A stretch of 64,000 nucleotides of DNA from an uncultured Candidatus Saccharibacteria bacterium (GTDB lineage: Bacteria; Patescibacteriota; Minisyncoccia; Ryanbacterales; 2-02-FULL-48-12). The stretch covers positions 1,107 through 65,106 of the forward strand of contig CAYZNS010000006.1 of NCBI GenBank assembly GCA_964479945.1. Reading direction: 5' to 3'. The notes under the pieces are model-generated. The model worked only from the letters and a program-made list of their open reading frames with translations, had not been told where the DNA came from and did not search any database. The translations under genes were made by a program, and so were the position numbers. This document shows positions 29,163 through 38,894 of this stretch, piece by piece; the first letter of the stretch is position 1, and each line of letters opens with the position of its first letter.

Positions 29163-29380
29163 GCGTTTTTATGCGGTATAAATGTAGCGCCGCGCGTATC
29201 GCGCATACCCGCAACGGCATCCCAAACCTGATCTTCTTCCAGTTCAATAGCCTCTTGCAAAAGTTCCGTTATTTTAGTAGCTTGCGGCGTCTTGTCCCGT
29301 ACGGCAAGCCGCGCCACCGCTTCTTCCAAAGCAGGGGAAAGACTGATATTAAGGCGTTTTTTTGTGGTGGGCATATGCAT
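29153..29380 (-). CDS. relB: ribbon-helix-helix antitoxin paired with relE (10-nt overlap)
   Basis: Small ORF upstream and overlapping the toxin. NISLSPALEEAVARLA is an RHH strand-helix. Confidence 0.6.
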   Translation of the reverse strand: MHMPTTKKRLNISLSPALEEAVARLAVRDKTPQATKITELLQEAIELEEDQVWDAVAGMRDTRGATFIPHKNAWK

Positions 29381-29501
29381 AGTGTATCAAAAGTGTATCA
29401 CACTTGTCAAATACAAAAAAGGGCAGAAATTCTGCCCCGACAGCATCATGCTTACGCAAGCTGCAATGTGCCGACGCGCTGGCGGAACTCCCTAAAATAA
29501 A

Positions 29502-29520
29502 TAATCCCATTTTGGGATTA
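29502..29520. promoter_or_regulatory. Inverted repeat TAATCCC-N5-GGGATTA ~17 bp upstream of the C-protein gene (candidate C-box/operator)
   Basis: taatcccattttgggatta. Confidence 0.3.
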
Positions 29521-29536
29521 TACCACAATAGGATAT

Positions 29537-29773
29537 ATGATACAAACAAGCATGAGCAAATCGGTTTACTCAAAAGACTACAAAGCCATCATAGAACGCC
29601 TAAAGACGGCGCGTATTGAGGCCGATCTATCTCAACAGGCGGTGGCTGATAAACTTGGCAAACCGCAGTCTTATATTTCCAAAATTGAGTCCGGCGAAAG
29701 ACGGCTTGATGTGGCAGAGATGAAAAAATTTGCAGCGATTTACAACAAACCAGCTGACTATTTTTTGAAATAA
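29537..29773 (+). CDS. XRE-family HTH protein; likely controller (C) protein of the restriction-modification module
   Basis: LSQQAVADKLGKPQSYISKIESGERRLDV is an HTH_3 motif. The stop is 1 nt before the start of the downstream nuclease gene. Confidence 0.7.
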   Translation: MIQTSMSKSVYSKDYKAIIERLKTARIEADLSQQAVADKLGKPQSYISKIESGERRLDVAEMKKFAAIYNKPADYFLK

Positions 29774-29774
29774 T

Positions 29775-30386
29775 ATGTTCGATAAATTTATAAAATTCTA
29801 CGAGCGAACAATACGAAAAATGTGGCACATTCGTGCCGGCGGCACTTTACGTTCGCTGAAAGGCACGCTCGTTGAGACGATGGCCGAGGAGATGGTTTTA
29901 CTCGCATGGAAAAATATCGGCGGCAAATCTTCGCGCATCAAAATCAACAAAACAAAATATCCTATCAGTGATGGAAGGGGAAATGTTTATAAGCTGTCCC
30001 AAGATAAACAGGTTTATATTGATGATGAATTTGTGCTGTCAATCGAGTGTAAGGCATATGCAGAGGTCGCGATGTATAAACGTATATTAGTTGATGCCTT
30101 TTTGCTCAAAAAGCATTTTCCAAAACTCAAATTCTGCCTTTTCCAATTAGAAAGTATGCTTGGCGGTGATTACTCCATTGCCGTTGATCATCCGAACGAA
30201 AGCCCATCGGTCAAAGTTCTTGAGCATCATTTTCCAAATCTCGACATTGAGATCATCACTATGCTGGATGGAGAACGAAACATCAAAGGGGAAATACATA
30301 AAAAGCAGTTTTATAAACCACTTCGTCCCGAAAGATTAGACCACGCAATCAAATACTTTGAGCGCGCATTAAAAGAGCATCTCTAA
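29775..30386 (+). CDS. putative type II restriction endonuclease (PD-(D/E)xK fold)
   Basis: YIDDEFVLSIECKAY gives D...E-C-K. The ORF is translationally coupled to the C gene and convergent with the MTase (4-nt stop overlap). AT-rich. Confidence 0.5.
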   Translation: MFDKFIKFYERTIRKMWHIRAGGTLRSLKGTLVETMAEEMVLLAWKNIGGKSSRIKINKTKYPISDGRGNVYKLSQDKQVYIDDEFVLSIECKAYAEVAMYKRILVDAFLLKKHFPKLKFCLFQLESMLGGDYSIAVDHPNESPSVKVLEHHFPNLDIEIITMLDGERNIKGEIHKKQFYKPLRPERLDHAIKYFERALKEHL

Positions 30387-31885
30387 AATAACTTCGCCGG
30401 AATTTCCTTTATTCGTTTCTCGGAGATTTTGCAGTATTTTGGTGAGATATCTATTCCGATATATTTTCTGCCTGTTTCTGCGGCGCAAAGTGTGGTTGTT
30501 CCCGCGCCGTTGAACGGATCAAGTACAATATCGTCTTGATAGCTAAAGAGTTTCATTAGTCGCGTTGCTAACTCCTTTGGAAACATTGCAGGATGATCAT
30601 ATTCTTTCATGTTTCGTTCGGGAGCGATGGACCATTTTGCATAAACCCATTTCTTGAATTCGTCGCCTGTTATATCGGCTTTTGACGAGTCGCCAGCCTT
30701 TTTGTGTGTATCTTTTGAGAAAACTTCAACAAATTCCCATGTGTATTTTAGATATGGCATACTAGGGCTTTTCCAACTGCCCCATGCAGTATACTTGCAG
30801 TTATAGTTATTTTTCTCCCACAAAATTTCTCCCTTCCAGATCAACCCATGATTAAGTAGTTGTTTTGACATCAAATGATGTGTCGGAATGTAATCTGAAA
30901 ACAACGGCTGCACGTTAAGGCAGAGCCGCCCTCCGGGTTTTAGAATGCGCGCGCACTCTTTCCAAATTGCGTCTATCTTCTTAAAATACTCGTCCCAGTG
31001 AATCGCGTCATTTTTCTCATCGTCTTTATATTCTAGGCCGAAATTATACGGTGGAGATGTAATGATAATATCAATCGAACCAGTTGGGATTTTACGCAAA
31101 ACTTCTTCACTGTCGCCACATATAATTTTGTCTGTAAACTTCTCAATGCCATTTGCTTGTGTAACCGCAAAAGCTTCTTTTTGAAATTTTGTGCCGCCCC
31201 GTGCTCTTTCTTTCGCCTCTCTATTTTTGACTTTTCTTTCTCGATTAAGAAGTTTTGCGTCTGGATAAATTTCTACTGGAGACATAAAACCGCCATCACG
31301 AATAACATCAAGCACTATGCCCTGAATTGAAACATCCCGCCCATTTCTAAAAATAAGTGGCTCCATAGTTTTGTTTGCCGGCTGTAAGCGGATATACTCC
31401 CTCTCTTTGTAAAATTTCTTTAAGGTTGCTTCGTGATTGTCGATGAGAGCTACTACCTTTTGTCCGTTCTCGGCTGTTTCCTGCTGACGCACCAAAACTA
31501 TATCGCCATCATTTATATTTTCATCAACCATGCTACTGCCGACTACACGGAGAGCATAAACTTCTGATGAAGAAGGGATTTTACTTTTTGGGACAGCGAT
31601 CATTTCCTTGTCTTGTATTGCTTCGATTGGTTGTCCGGCGGCAATAGTCCCCAAAAGAGGAATTTTTACCATTGTTTCACGACCAAATGCTTCAATAGAG
31701 CGCGGTTTATTTTCTTCTTTAGACAAAAGTCCTAAATCGCGGAGTTTTGAGACATGAAAATGAGCCGTAGAAACGGATGAGAGTTTTAATTTCTTGCGTA
31801 TCTCGTCAAGAGAGGGAGCGTATCCTTTGCGCCCCTGATAATCGGTTATGAAATCGAGAGCTTGTTTTTGCCTTTTTGTTACCAT
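30383..31885 (-). CDS. Fusion protein: complete LexA-type repressor (wHTH + Ala-Gly site + S24 peptidase Ser/Lys dyad) joined to an N4/N6 DNA methyltransferase
   Basis: N-terminal LexA DNA-binding domain at aa 1-65. Cleavage site LLGTIAAGQPIEA with A83-G84. Peptidase motifs VVGSSMVDENINDGDIVLV (Ser118) and EATLKKF (Lys156). MTase motif IV IIITSPPY. MTase motif I VLDPFNGAGTTT, at the C-terminus. Confidence 0.8.
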   Translation of the reverse strand: MVTKRQKQALDFITDYQGRKGYAPSLDEIRKKLKLSSVSTAHFHVSKLRDLGLLSKEENKPRSIEAFGRETMVKIPLLGTIAAGQPIEAIQDKEMIAVPKSKIPSSSEVYALRVVGSSMVDENINDGDIVLVRQQETAENGQKVVALIDNHEATLKKFYKEREYIRLQPANKTMEPLIFRNGRDVSIQGIVLDVIRDGGFMSPVEIYPDAKLLNRERKVKNREAKERARGGTKFQKEAFAVTQANGIEKFTDKIICGDSEEVLRKIPTGSIDIIITSPPYNFGLEYKDDEKNDAIHWDEYFKKIDAIWKECARILKPGGRLCLNVQPLFSDYIPTHHLMSKQLLNHGLIWKGEILWEKNNYNCKYTAWGSWKSPSMPYLKYTWEFVEVFSKDTHKKAGDSSKADITGDEFKKWVYAKWSIAPERNMKEYDHPAMFPKELATRLMKLFSYQDDIVLDPFNGAGTTTLCAAETGRKYIGIDISPKYCKISEKRIKEIPAKLF

Positions 31886-32071
31886 GGTTATATTATAGAA
31901 AATAAATCGAAAGTGTAAAAGGGCAAGTTATCCACATATGTTTATGTTCAGATCAAAACCAGAAGCAATTATAAAAAGATCGAAACCGTCTATTGGTTTT
32001 TGGACAAATGTAGGCGGGATAATAAAAATAAAAAACTATCCAGCCATAAGCGGAATAGTTTTATGTATGCT

Positions 32072-32788
32072 TCATCCTGCAAGCACATTGGCAATCACGC
32101 GATATGCTTGCAGGTTTACAATCAGACCCGAGTGTCCGCCGGTTACTTCTTCGTATCGCTCGTCAGAACGCATCTGGGCAAACCAGCCGACAATGCGGTC
32201 CTCTTTGGAAAAAATGGAGCAGCAAGATACTCCTGTTGGCATTGCTTCAAACACGGCCGGAAACAATCCACAGGAACAGGTAATACTTCTCTGTCCCTGC
32301 AGCCGCATACATGGCATCCAAACTCTTGCAAACGCCTCCACCACCCTCGCGAGACCGCTTTTTATAACCCCCTCTTGCTTTACAGGAGTTCCCAGTGTAA
32401 TAATGCGCTTTATTTTCTGGGGGAACACGTGACCCAATTGCCGCGCAAGAATACCGCCCAGGCTGTGGCCTATGAGAGACAACGGCCCCGCCTTATTATA
32501 CAAATACTCAATGCGCCGGCCGAGATTATCCGCGGTCTCGCGCGGACAGCGCCTGTTGCAATATATACCGGAGAGATACGGCGCATACCCGATGCGCTTG
32601 AGCCATTTAGCAAGCACCATCAACGTCCAATCTCCTCCGAGAAATCCGGGTATCAATACTACCGGCTCTCCATTTCCTTTTGCAATACCTCCGCCCGTAT
32701 ACACATCACTGCGTATAAGTTTAAAGAAATTATTCCAACAATCCATCCACTCCGCCCCCGCTTCCGACATGATTAACGCCATACTCAT
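32072..32788 (-). CDS. alpha/beta-hydrolase (lipase/esterase-like)
   Basis: Nucleophile elbow LIGHSLGG (GxSxG). Confidence 0.7.
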   Translation of the reverse strand: MSMALIMSEAGAEWMDCWNNFFKLIRSDVYTGGGIAKGNGEPVVLIPGFLGGDWTLMVLAKWLKRIGYAPYLSGIYCNRRCPRETADNLGRRIEYLYNKAGPLSLIGHSLGGILARQLGHVFPQKIKRIITLGTPVKQEGVIKSGLARVVEAFARVWMPCMRLQGQRSITCSCGLFPAVFEAMPTGVSCCSIFSKEDRIVGWFAQMRSDERYEEVTGGHSGLIVNLQAYRVIANVLAG

Positions 32789-32817
32789 GGGGTGCTCCTC
32801 CGGGTGAAGTTTTGAAA

Positions 32818-33690
32818 TTAAAACTGGTTTTCTTCTGCAGCTGCCGCATTTTCTGTCAATCTCGTGCGGAGTGTATTTTCCATAAGCATTGCTACCGCAA
32901 TGGGTCCCACACCACCCGGTACGGGCGTAATGATAGCGGCTTTTTGGGCAACGGAATTAAAATCAAAGTCGCCGTGCAACTTGCCGTCTTCTCCTGTTGA
33001 CATTCCCACATCAATGGCAATAACGCCATCCTTTACCATATCCCCCGTTATAATTCCCTGTTTGCCCACGCAAGAAACAATAATGTCGGCGTGGCGCGTA
33101 TAAAAAGACACATCGCGGGTATATTTATTAACAGGAGTAACAGTCGCTCCCTCACGTATGAACCAAATACTTACGGGCCTGCCGGCCACGGGACCTGTTC
33201 CGACCACCACAACTTCTTTTCCTTTCACATCTACCACGGGGGGATTGCCATAGGAAAGTATTTTCCGTACCGCGCTTACCAAAGGCGGAAGCCATTTCCC
33301 CTTTCCCGTAAGAAAATCACCGTTCGCATCACTGGACAACACATCAACATCCATTCCCAGCGGCACGGCATCAAGCGCTCGTTGTATATTCTCAACTCCG
33401 TTCCGCCCCGTCAATTGAATAATCATGGCATCATTTCCCTTCAACAACTCGCCTACACGCGCTCGCAATTTGTTTGCGGAATTCTTATATGTAAACTCTT
33501 TATAAATCCGGACTTCTATGCCGGCCGCCTCACCCGCACGAACTTTGCTTCTGACAAACGAATTGGTTGCCGGATCCTCCGCGGTAATAACAATACCAAG
33601 CCGCAATTTAAGATTGCGTTCATCCACTTCTCTGCGTATAGTTGCTAACAATTCTCGCGCAATTTGTTTTCCATCAATAATTATAGCCAT
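32818..33690 (-). CDS. folD: bifunctional methylenetetrahydrofolate dehydrogenase/cyclohydrolase
   Basis: Full-length FolD-like sequence, GTGPVAGRPV NAD(P) site. Adjacent to glyA. Confidence 0.9.
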   Translation of the reverse strand: MAIIIDGKQIARELLATIRREVDERNLKLRLGIVITAEDPATNSFVRSKVRAGEAAGIEVRIYKEFTYKNSANKLRARVGELLKGNDAMIIQLTGRNGVENIQRALDAVPLGMDVDVLSSDANGDFLTGKGKWLPPLVSAVRKILSYGNPPVVDVKGKEVVVVGTGPVAGRPVSIWFIREGATVTPVNKYTRDVSFYTRHADIIVSCVGKQGIITGDMVKDGVIAIDVGMSTGEDGKLHGDFDFNSVAQKAAIITPVPGGVGPIAVAMLMENTLRTRLTENAAAAEENQF

Positions 33691-33706
33691 ATTTGCTCCT
33701 ATTTCA

Positions 33707-34882
33707 TTATTTCAACGAACGTTGCTTTTCTAAAATATCATCAATCTGCCCGGCAATCTTTTTCATATCCTTCTCCTTCTTACCCTGCGTGGTAACGGCC
33801 GCGGTACCGATGCGGATACCAGAGGGACTAAACGGGCTCCGCGTATCATACGGAATGGTGTTCTTATTTACAATGATACCATGTTTCTCTAGCGCGTCGC
33901 TCGCGTCCGCCCCCGTAACGCCGCGCGCCCAGGTATCCACCAACAGTAAGTGATTGTCCGTGCCGCCCGAGACAACGCGCCAGCCCTTTTTTTGAAGCTC
34001 TTCCGCGAGGACCCGCGCGTTCTTTACAACTTGCGCCGCATACTTCCTGAAATTCGGCTGCATGGCTTCCTCTAATGCAACGGCAATGGCGGCTATCTGA
34101 TTTAAATGCGGCCCCCCCTGCATACCGGGAAATACGGCTTTGTCTATGAGTTCCTGAAACTTGAAATTTGAAAAAATCATGGCCGCGCGGGGACCACGAA
34201 GTGTTTTATGGGTAGTTGTGGTAACAACGTCCGCATATGGAAACGGCGACGGATGCGCCCCGCCGGCAACCAGTCCGGCGATATGCGACATATCCACCAT
34301 CAAGACCGCGCCGACCGTATCCGCAATGCTCCGAAACCGCTTCCAGTCAATAATGCGCGGATATGCCGTAAAGCCCGCGACAATAAGTTTCGGCCGCTCG
34401 CGCAATGCTATATTTAAAAGTTCATCGTAATTCAGGCGCTCGGTTTTTTTATCCACCACAAAAGGCACTTGCTGCCAGATTTTCCCCGATGCGCTTACCT
34501 TGTGCCCATGCGTCAAATGCCCGCCCATGGCAAGCTGCATACCCATAATCTTCTCGCCTATCGGCACGAGTGCTAAGTACACGGCAATGTTTGCAGGCGA
34601 GCCGGAGTATGGCTGCACATTTACCGCCCACTTTTTCGGCGAGAGCTTAAAGAGCTTGAGCGCCCGCTCCCGCGCCAGATTCTCAATTTCGTCCGCCACC
34701 GCGTTCCCGCCGTAATACCGCTTCCCCGGATACCCCTCTGCATATTTATTGGTAAGCACGGAACCCAAAGCGTCCACTACCGCATCGGATACATAATTTT
34801 CCGAAGCGATTAAGTTGATAACGCTCTTTTGGCGTTTTTCTTCTTTTTTGATGAGATTGAATAGTTGTGTGTCTTTTTTCAT
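33707..34882 (-). CDS. glyA: serine hydroxymethyltransferase
   Basis: Full-length SHMT with PLP site TTTTHKTLRGPR. Confidence 0.95.
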   Translation of the reverse strand: MKKDTQLFNLIKKEEKRQKSVINLIASENYVSDAVVDALGSVLTNKYAEGYPGKRYYGGNAVADEIENLARERALKLFKLSPKKWAVNVQPYSGSPANIAVYLALVPIGEKIMGMQLAMGGHLTHGHKVSASGKIWQQVPFVVDKKTERLNYDELLNIALRERPKLIVAGFTAYPRIIDWKRFRSIADTVGAVLMVDMSHIAGLVAGGAHPSPFPYADVVTTTTHKTLRGPRAAMIFSNFKFQELIDKAVFPGMQGGPHLNQIAAIAVALEEAMQPNFRKYAAQVVKNARVLAEELQKKGWRVVSGGTDNHLLLVDTWARGVTGADASDALEKHGIIVNKNTIPYDTRSPFSPSGIRIGTAAVTTQGKKEKDMKKIAGQIDDILEKQRSLK

Positions 34883-34931
34883 AAGAGTAATCGCGAATAA
34901 TGCGAATTAAGGCGAATATACGAATAGAATA

Positions 34932-35005
34932 TGGCGAACAAGCGCCAGGATGTGACTAGCCGAGCTCTGCACATGAGCGAAGCGAGATGTAAATAGCTCG
35001 GCTCG
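34932..35005. repeat. Hairpin repeat family A copy (inverted orientation)
   Basis: gatgtgactagccgagct...agctcggctcggcacatccgg. Confidence 0.7.
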
Positions 35006-35249
35006 GCACATCCGGAATCGCGAAATACCGTTTATATATCGTGCGCATTCGACTGTCAGTGTCGCTCCTTACAACATTCTTCCACTCTACCCTAAAAAAG
35101 CCCTTTATTGCTTTTGACTTCCAATAAGAAAGTCTACGTAATAGTGATAGTGAGTTATTCCCCTAATAGAACCATTATCTCATGACCACTACCCAGAATC
35201 AAAAATCGAGGGCAAACGCGTAAGTCCTAATATTATTTTATTGTCAAGT

Positions 35250-36947
35250 TTATTTATAGTATGGTGTTTTTTTATCCAAATATTTCAGTACCTCTTCTAT
35301 ACTGCCACCCCCCACTTTCTTTCCAGGATTAAATATGTTTTCCGGATCAAAAATGCGCTTTGTCTCTTCAAACATTCCGTACACCTCCCTGCCAAACATA
35401 TCTTCCACATACGCTCCGCGCACCATGCCATCGTTGTGCTCGCCGCTGATGGAACCGTGATATGACAACACTAACTCATACACGCGATGTCCTGCTTCCT
35501 GAATTGTTTTTTGCAATGTTTTATCTTTGGGATCCATGAGCGGGATGATGTGAAAATTACCATCGCCCATGTGCCCTGCCACCGTGTAGATCATATTGTC
35601 GTATTCATCCAGTATCGCTTCCAATTTCGGAAGAAATTCCGTAAGGTGTTCCGGCGCGACGACAATGTCATCAATAAAGGGCGCGGTGCGGAGGCCGCGT
35701 ATGCGCTTGCGCAGCAGGTTAAAACTTTCCCGCCGCATCACCCAATACTTTTCTGCTTGTGCCTTCGTGCGCGCAATTTTAACCGCAACATCAAAGTTTG
35801 TGCGAATATCGCGCGCCGCTTGTTTTGCTTGGCTTCCCGCCTTTTCCTGTGTATTGCCGGTAAACTCCGCCAAGAGCACCAGCTTCGGTATGCCCCCCGT
35901 TATAACCATCCACAATTCAGGAAGAAAGGAAAACGCAAGCTTAAAAAAATTGCTTTTGAGCCGCGTTGCGAACTCCGGAAAAAACTTAACCGCAACTTTA
36001 AATGTATGGTCATCGTACGACTCAAAACTCTCCGGCTTATAGCGCATCACATGGGTAATAACCTCCCCTAACCTTTTGGTATCTTTCAAAAACATGACCA
36101 CCAGCGATGAATACGGCGCAGGATGCACCAGGCGGAACGTAACATCCGTGATAATGCCCAGTGTTCCCTGCGAGCCGACTATCGCTTTGGTAAGATCAAA
36201 TGTTCCCTTTTCTTCGTCCATTATATTCCAGAGATAATACCCTGAAGAATTTTTAGACACGCGCGGCCGCGCCTTTTCAATTATTTCGCGATTGCGCAAA
36301 ATCAGATCATGCATGCGGCGGTATATGTCCCCTTCAATGCCGTCTTGCTGCATTTTCTTCTCAAGTTCTTTTTTTGTGAGCGCCTGGAAACTATGCGGCT
36401 TGCCGTCGCGCAGTATCATGGTGATTTTTTTGACATATCGTTCCGTTTTGCCGTATTTTAAATTTTTCTCGCCCCCCGCATTATTCGCCACCATGCCGCC
36501 CACGGCGCATATCTCGCGGGAGGCGGGATAGCTCGGCAGTATCATGCCATGCTTTTTCGTGTGAACGTCAAAGTCGCGGTAATACATCCCGGGCTCCACC
36601 GTAATATAGTCGCCCAAAAACCCTTTGAGGCGGTTCATGTGGCGCGTGAATACCATCACAATGGAATCCGAAAGCGGCCCGCCCGTCATGTCGGTACCTC
36701 CCGCGCGCGCGGTCAGCGAAATATCCGCCCCTTCCTGTTTTTTCTTCGCTGCAAACCGGACAAGGTTCTGCACATCGTCCGCATCCCGGGGGAATACCAC
36801 AATCTCCGGCTGTATGCGGAATAAACTCGCGTCCCGGCTATATTCTTCGCGCACAAGAGCAGACGTTTCCACATCACCCTTAAAAAATAAACGGATTTCT
36901 TTAGCAAGGTTCATGTTGTTAGTATACCGCACTCTTCTTACATACAA
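35250..36947 (-). CDS. FAD-linked oxidase (GlcD/D-lactate dehydrogenase-like)
   Basis: FAD-binding PCMH-type N-terminal domain with the C-terminal FAD-oxidase domain. Confidence 0.8.
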   Translation of the reverse strand: MYVRRVRYTNNMNLAKEIRLFFKGDVETSALVREEYSRDASLFRIQPEIVVFPRDADDVQNLVRFAAKKKQEGADISLTARAGGTDMTGGPLSDSIVMVFTRHMNRLKGFLGDYITVEPGMYYRDFDVHTKKHGMILPSYPASREICAVGGMVANNAGGEKNLKYGKTERYVKKITMILRDGKPHSFQALTKKELEKKMQQDGIEGDIYRRMHDLILRNREIIEKARPRVSKNSSGYYLWNIMDEEKGTFDLTKAIVGSQGTLGIITDVTFRLVHPAPYSSLVVMFLKDTKRLGEVITHVMRYKPESFESYDDHTFKVAVKFFPEFATRLKSNFFKLAFSFLPELWMVITGGIPKLVLLAEFTGNTQEKAGSQAKQAARDIRTNFDVAVKIARTKAQAEKYWVMRRESFNLLRKRIRGLRTAPFIDDIVVAPEHLTEFLPKLEAILDEYDNMIYTVAGHMGDGNFHIIPLMDPKDKTLQKTIQEAGHRVYELVLSYHGSISGEHNDGMVRGAYVEDMFGREVYGMFEETKRIFDPENIFNPGKKVGGGSIEEVLKYLDKKTPYYK

Positions 36948-37100
36948 AACAAAAAGGCGCCATCAAGACGCCTTTCTTTGTTACCAATTCACCCAGCCGT
37001 CTGACCAAACCTTTCGCGATTTAATTTTCTTGCCACTCTTTCGGTGTTTCATAAAACCCTCCAATGAACAGTTGTTTTCTATACAACGCCGTTCACTACA

Positions 37101-37140
37101 TTCTGGTTTCAGGTTCCAAGTTCCAGGCTTCAGGTTTCAA
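37101..37140. repeat. Tandem GG(T/C)TTCA(G/A)-type repeats right after the stop of the 37144 gene
   Basis: tctggtttcaggttccaagttccaggcttcaggtttcaag. Confidence 0.7.
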
Positions 37141-37143
37141 GCA

Positions 37144-37896
37144 CTACCCCTTGCTGTCATGCGCCTCCACGCGGAGCGTTACCATATAATCAGCGCCATC
37201 CAATTCTGGACCTGATTTCGGATGAGGACTTACTTCCAGAAGAGTTATAATATAGCTTCCTGTTACTGCGGCATTCGGTATGCCACTGTCGCCCGGGAGG
37301 CGCAACCGCAACTCCTCGCCGCCCGCCTTGATATGCACGGTAACCCAACCTGCCTGTATGCATTGCACATCCTGCGGACAACGGCTATCATCTTCCACAC
37401 CTGTGAACGCAATTTTCAAATCCTCCACCCATTTGACTTCCCCGAATGCGAGCGTAAATGTATTTCCTTCTTCCGCGCTTACCCGTTCCCGACGTTCAAC
37501 ATCCAATACAAACGGCGTGTTGTTGATCGTCGCGGACAATACCGCATTATTCGCAGCGTCAAACGATACGCGGAACGGCGCCTCAAAAATAACCTGCGCG
37601 CAGATATCGGCGGTTTGCTCGGCAGTAAAGCGCAATACAACTTCTTCCGGGCTGCCCCCATGATTCTCGGCCGACACGGAAAGCGTATAGCACGGGTTAG
37701 GAAGCGTCACGGTCCCCTCCACGGTATGCATGCCGTTACCCGCGTAATCCACGCCGGTAGCTTTCTCCGCAAGCGGCTGCGCGCTTGCTTCCTCTTCACT
37801 CCGCCAGCCGGCGGAGCGGAACATAAGCCACGCGCCGAGGCCAAGCAACACTATGATAAGTATTCCCCAGATTGTTTTTTTGGTTGTCATATTCAT
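37144..37896 (-). CDS. hypothetical membrane-anchored protein
   Basis: N-terminal TM IWGILIIVLLGLGAWLMF. Confidence 0.5.
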   Translation of the reverse strand: MNMTTKKTIWGILIIVLLGLGAWLMFRSAGWRSEEEASAQPLAEKATGVDYAGNGMHTVEGTVTLPNPCYTLSVSAENHGGSPEEVVLRFTAEQTADICAQVIFEAPFRVSFDAANNAVLSATINNTPFVLDVERRERVSAEEGNTFTLAFGEVKWVEDLKIAFTGVEDDSRCPQDVQCIQAGWVTVHIKAGGEELRLRLPGDSGIPNAAVTGSYIITLLEVSPHPKSGPELDGADYMVTLRVEAHDSKG

Positions 37897-37960
37897 TATA
37901 CGCTCTTTGCTTTCCTGAAATTTGTTCTATGATGGCCTTGATTATACATGGGGCGTTACC

Positions 37961-38863
37961 CTACTCCTCCACAATCAACTTCCCTACCATTCCCATGGCA
38001 CGGTGATTCCCCACATTGCAGTAATACTCAAACGTACCTGCTTTATCGGCAATGAAATCCACCGAGGATCGGTTGCCGGAAGCCACCTGTTCCGTATGCG
38101 CGTTAAACTCGTCTATTGTCCAATCGTGAAAACCGCCGGCGCTGGTAAAATTGATACGGACGAAATCCTCCTTCTTTACGCGAATTTCGCCCTGCGAGAA
38201 TTCAAAATTACGGCCAGAGATGTCAAATTCCTTAAAAGAGCGAGCTTCCACCGCACTATCCTCTGCCGTATTTGACGACTGACTGCCGCTTGTAGTACCG
38301 CTTCCACCCTCCGGTACCGTCAGCATCTCATCTTCCGCGCCAATCTCCACCATGGGCGCGGCCTCCACAATTTCACCGCAAGCAACCGACGGCGATGGCA
38401 GCGACGGTCCCGCGTGCACTACCACAATCCGCGGCGGGCTTCCCACCACCTCGTCAAATAAAACGGAGAGTATGGTATGCGACAATCCGCCTATAACATT
38501 TTCCAGATTATACACAACGCTGCCCAATGCACCGCAAGTTCCTTCATGAATGTGAGCCGCCATGGAAATAGATTCACGGTTTGTCGAATCGGGAATGGAA
38601 AATTCAATATCCACTGAGGTAGCGCCATCTTCGCGCGTGATAGCAGCCACGCCCGCCATATTGCTTCCGTTCATAGGCTCCAGCGCCAAAAGCCGAATCT
38701 GGGAATTGAACTCCTCGAAGGTCGGCGAAGGAGGAAATTCCGGCGAAGGAATATCCGCGTCTAACGCGCTCTGCTGCAGCCGCGCCCCGCGGTATAAAAC
38801 CGCGCCAAGTGATATAACGGCTATCACAATAAGAATGATGGTGCGTGTGGAAAATTGCTTCAT
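37961..38863 (-). CDS. membrane-anchored cupredoxin-domain (type-1 copper) protein
   Basis: C-terminal FHDWTIDEF...YYCNVGNHRAMGM (H...C-x4-H-x2-M) copper ligands. N-terminal TM. Confidence 0.6.
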   Translation of the reverse strand: MKQFSTRTIILIVIAVISLGAVLYRGARLQQSALDADIPSPEFPPSPTFEEFNSQIRLLALEPMNGSNMAGVAAITREDGATSVDIEFSIPDSTNRESISMAAHIHEGTCGALGSVVYNLENVIGGLSHTILSVLFDEVVGSPPRIVVVHAGPSLPSPSVACGEIVEAAPMVEIGAEDEMLTVPEGGSGTTSGSQSSNTAEDSAVEARSFKEFDISGRNFEFSQGEIRVKKEDFVRINFTSAGGFHDWTIDEFNAHTEQVASGNRSSVDFIADKAGTFEYYCNVGNHRAMGMVGKLIVEE

Positions 38864-38894
38864 ATAACAAGTATACGTTTTAAACTACGCTTGA

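Noticed and set aside
32000-32776. 258-aa plus-strand ORF
   Set aside because: Entirely antisense to the alpha/beta hydrolase gene, Cys/Arg-rich composition. No motifs.
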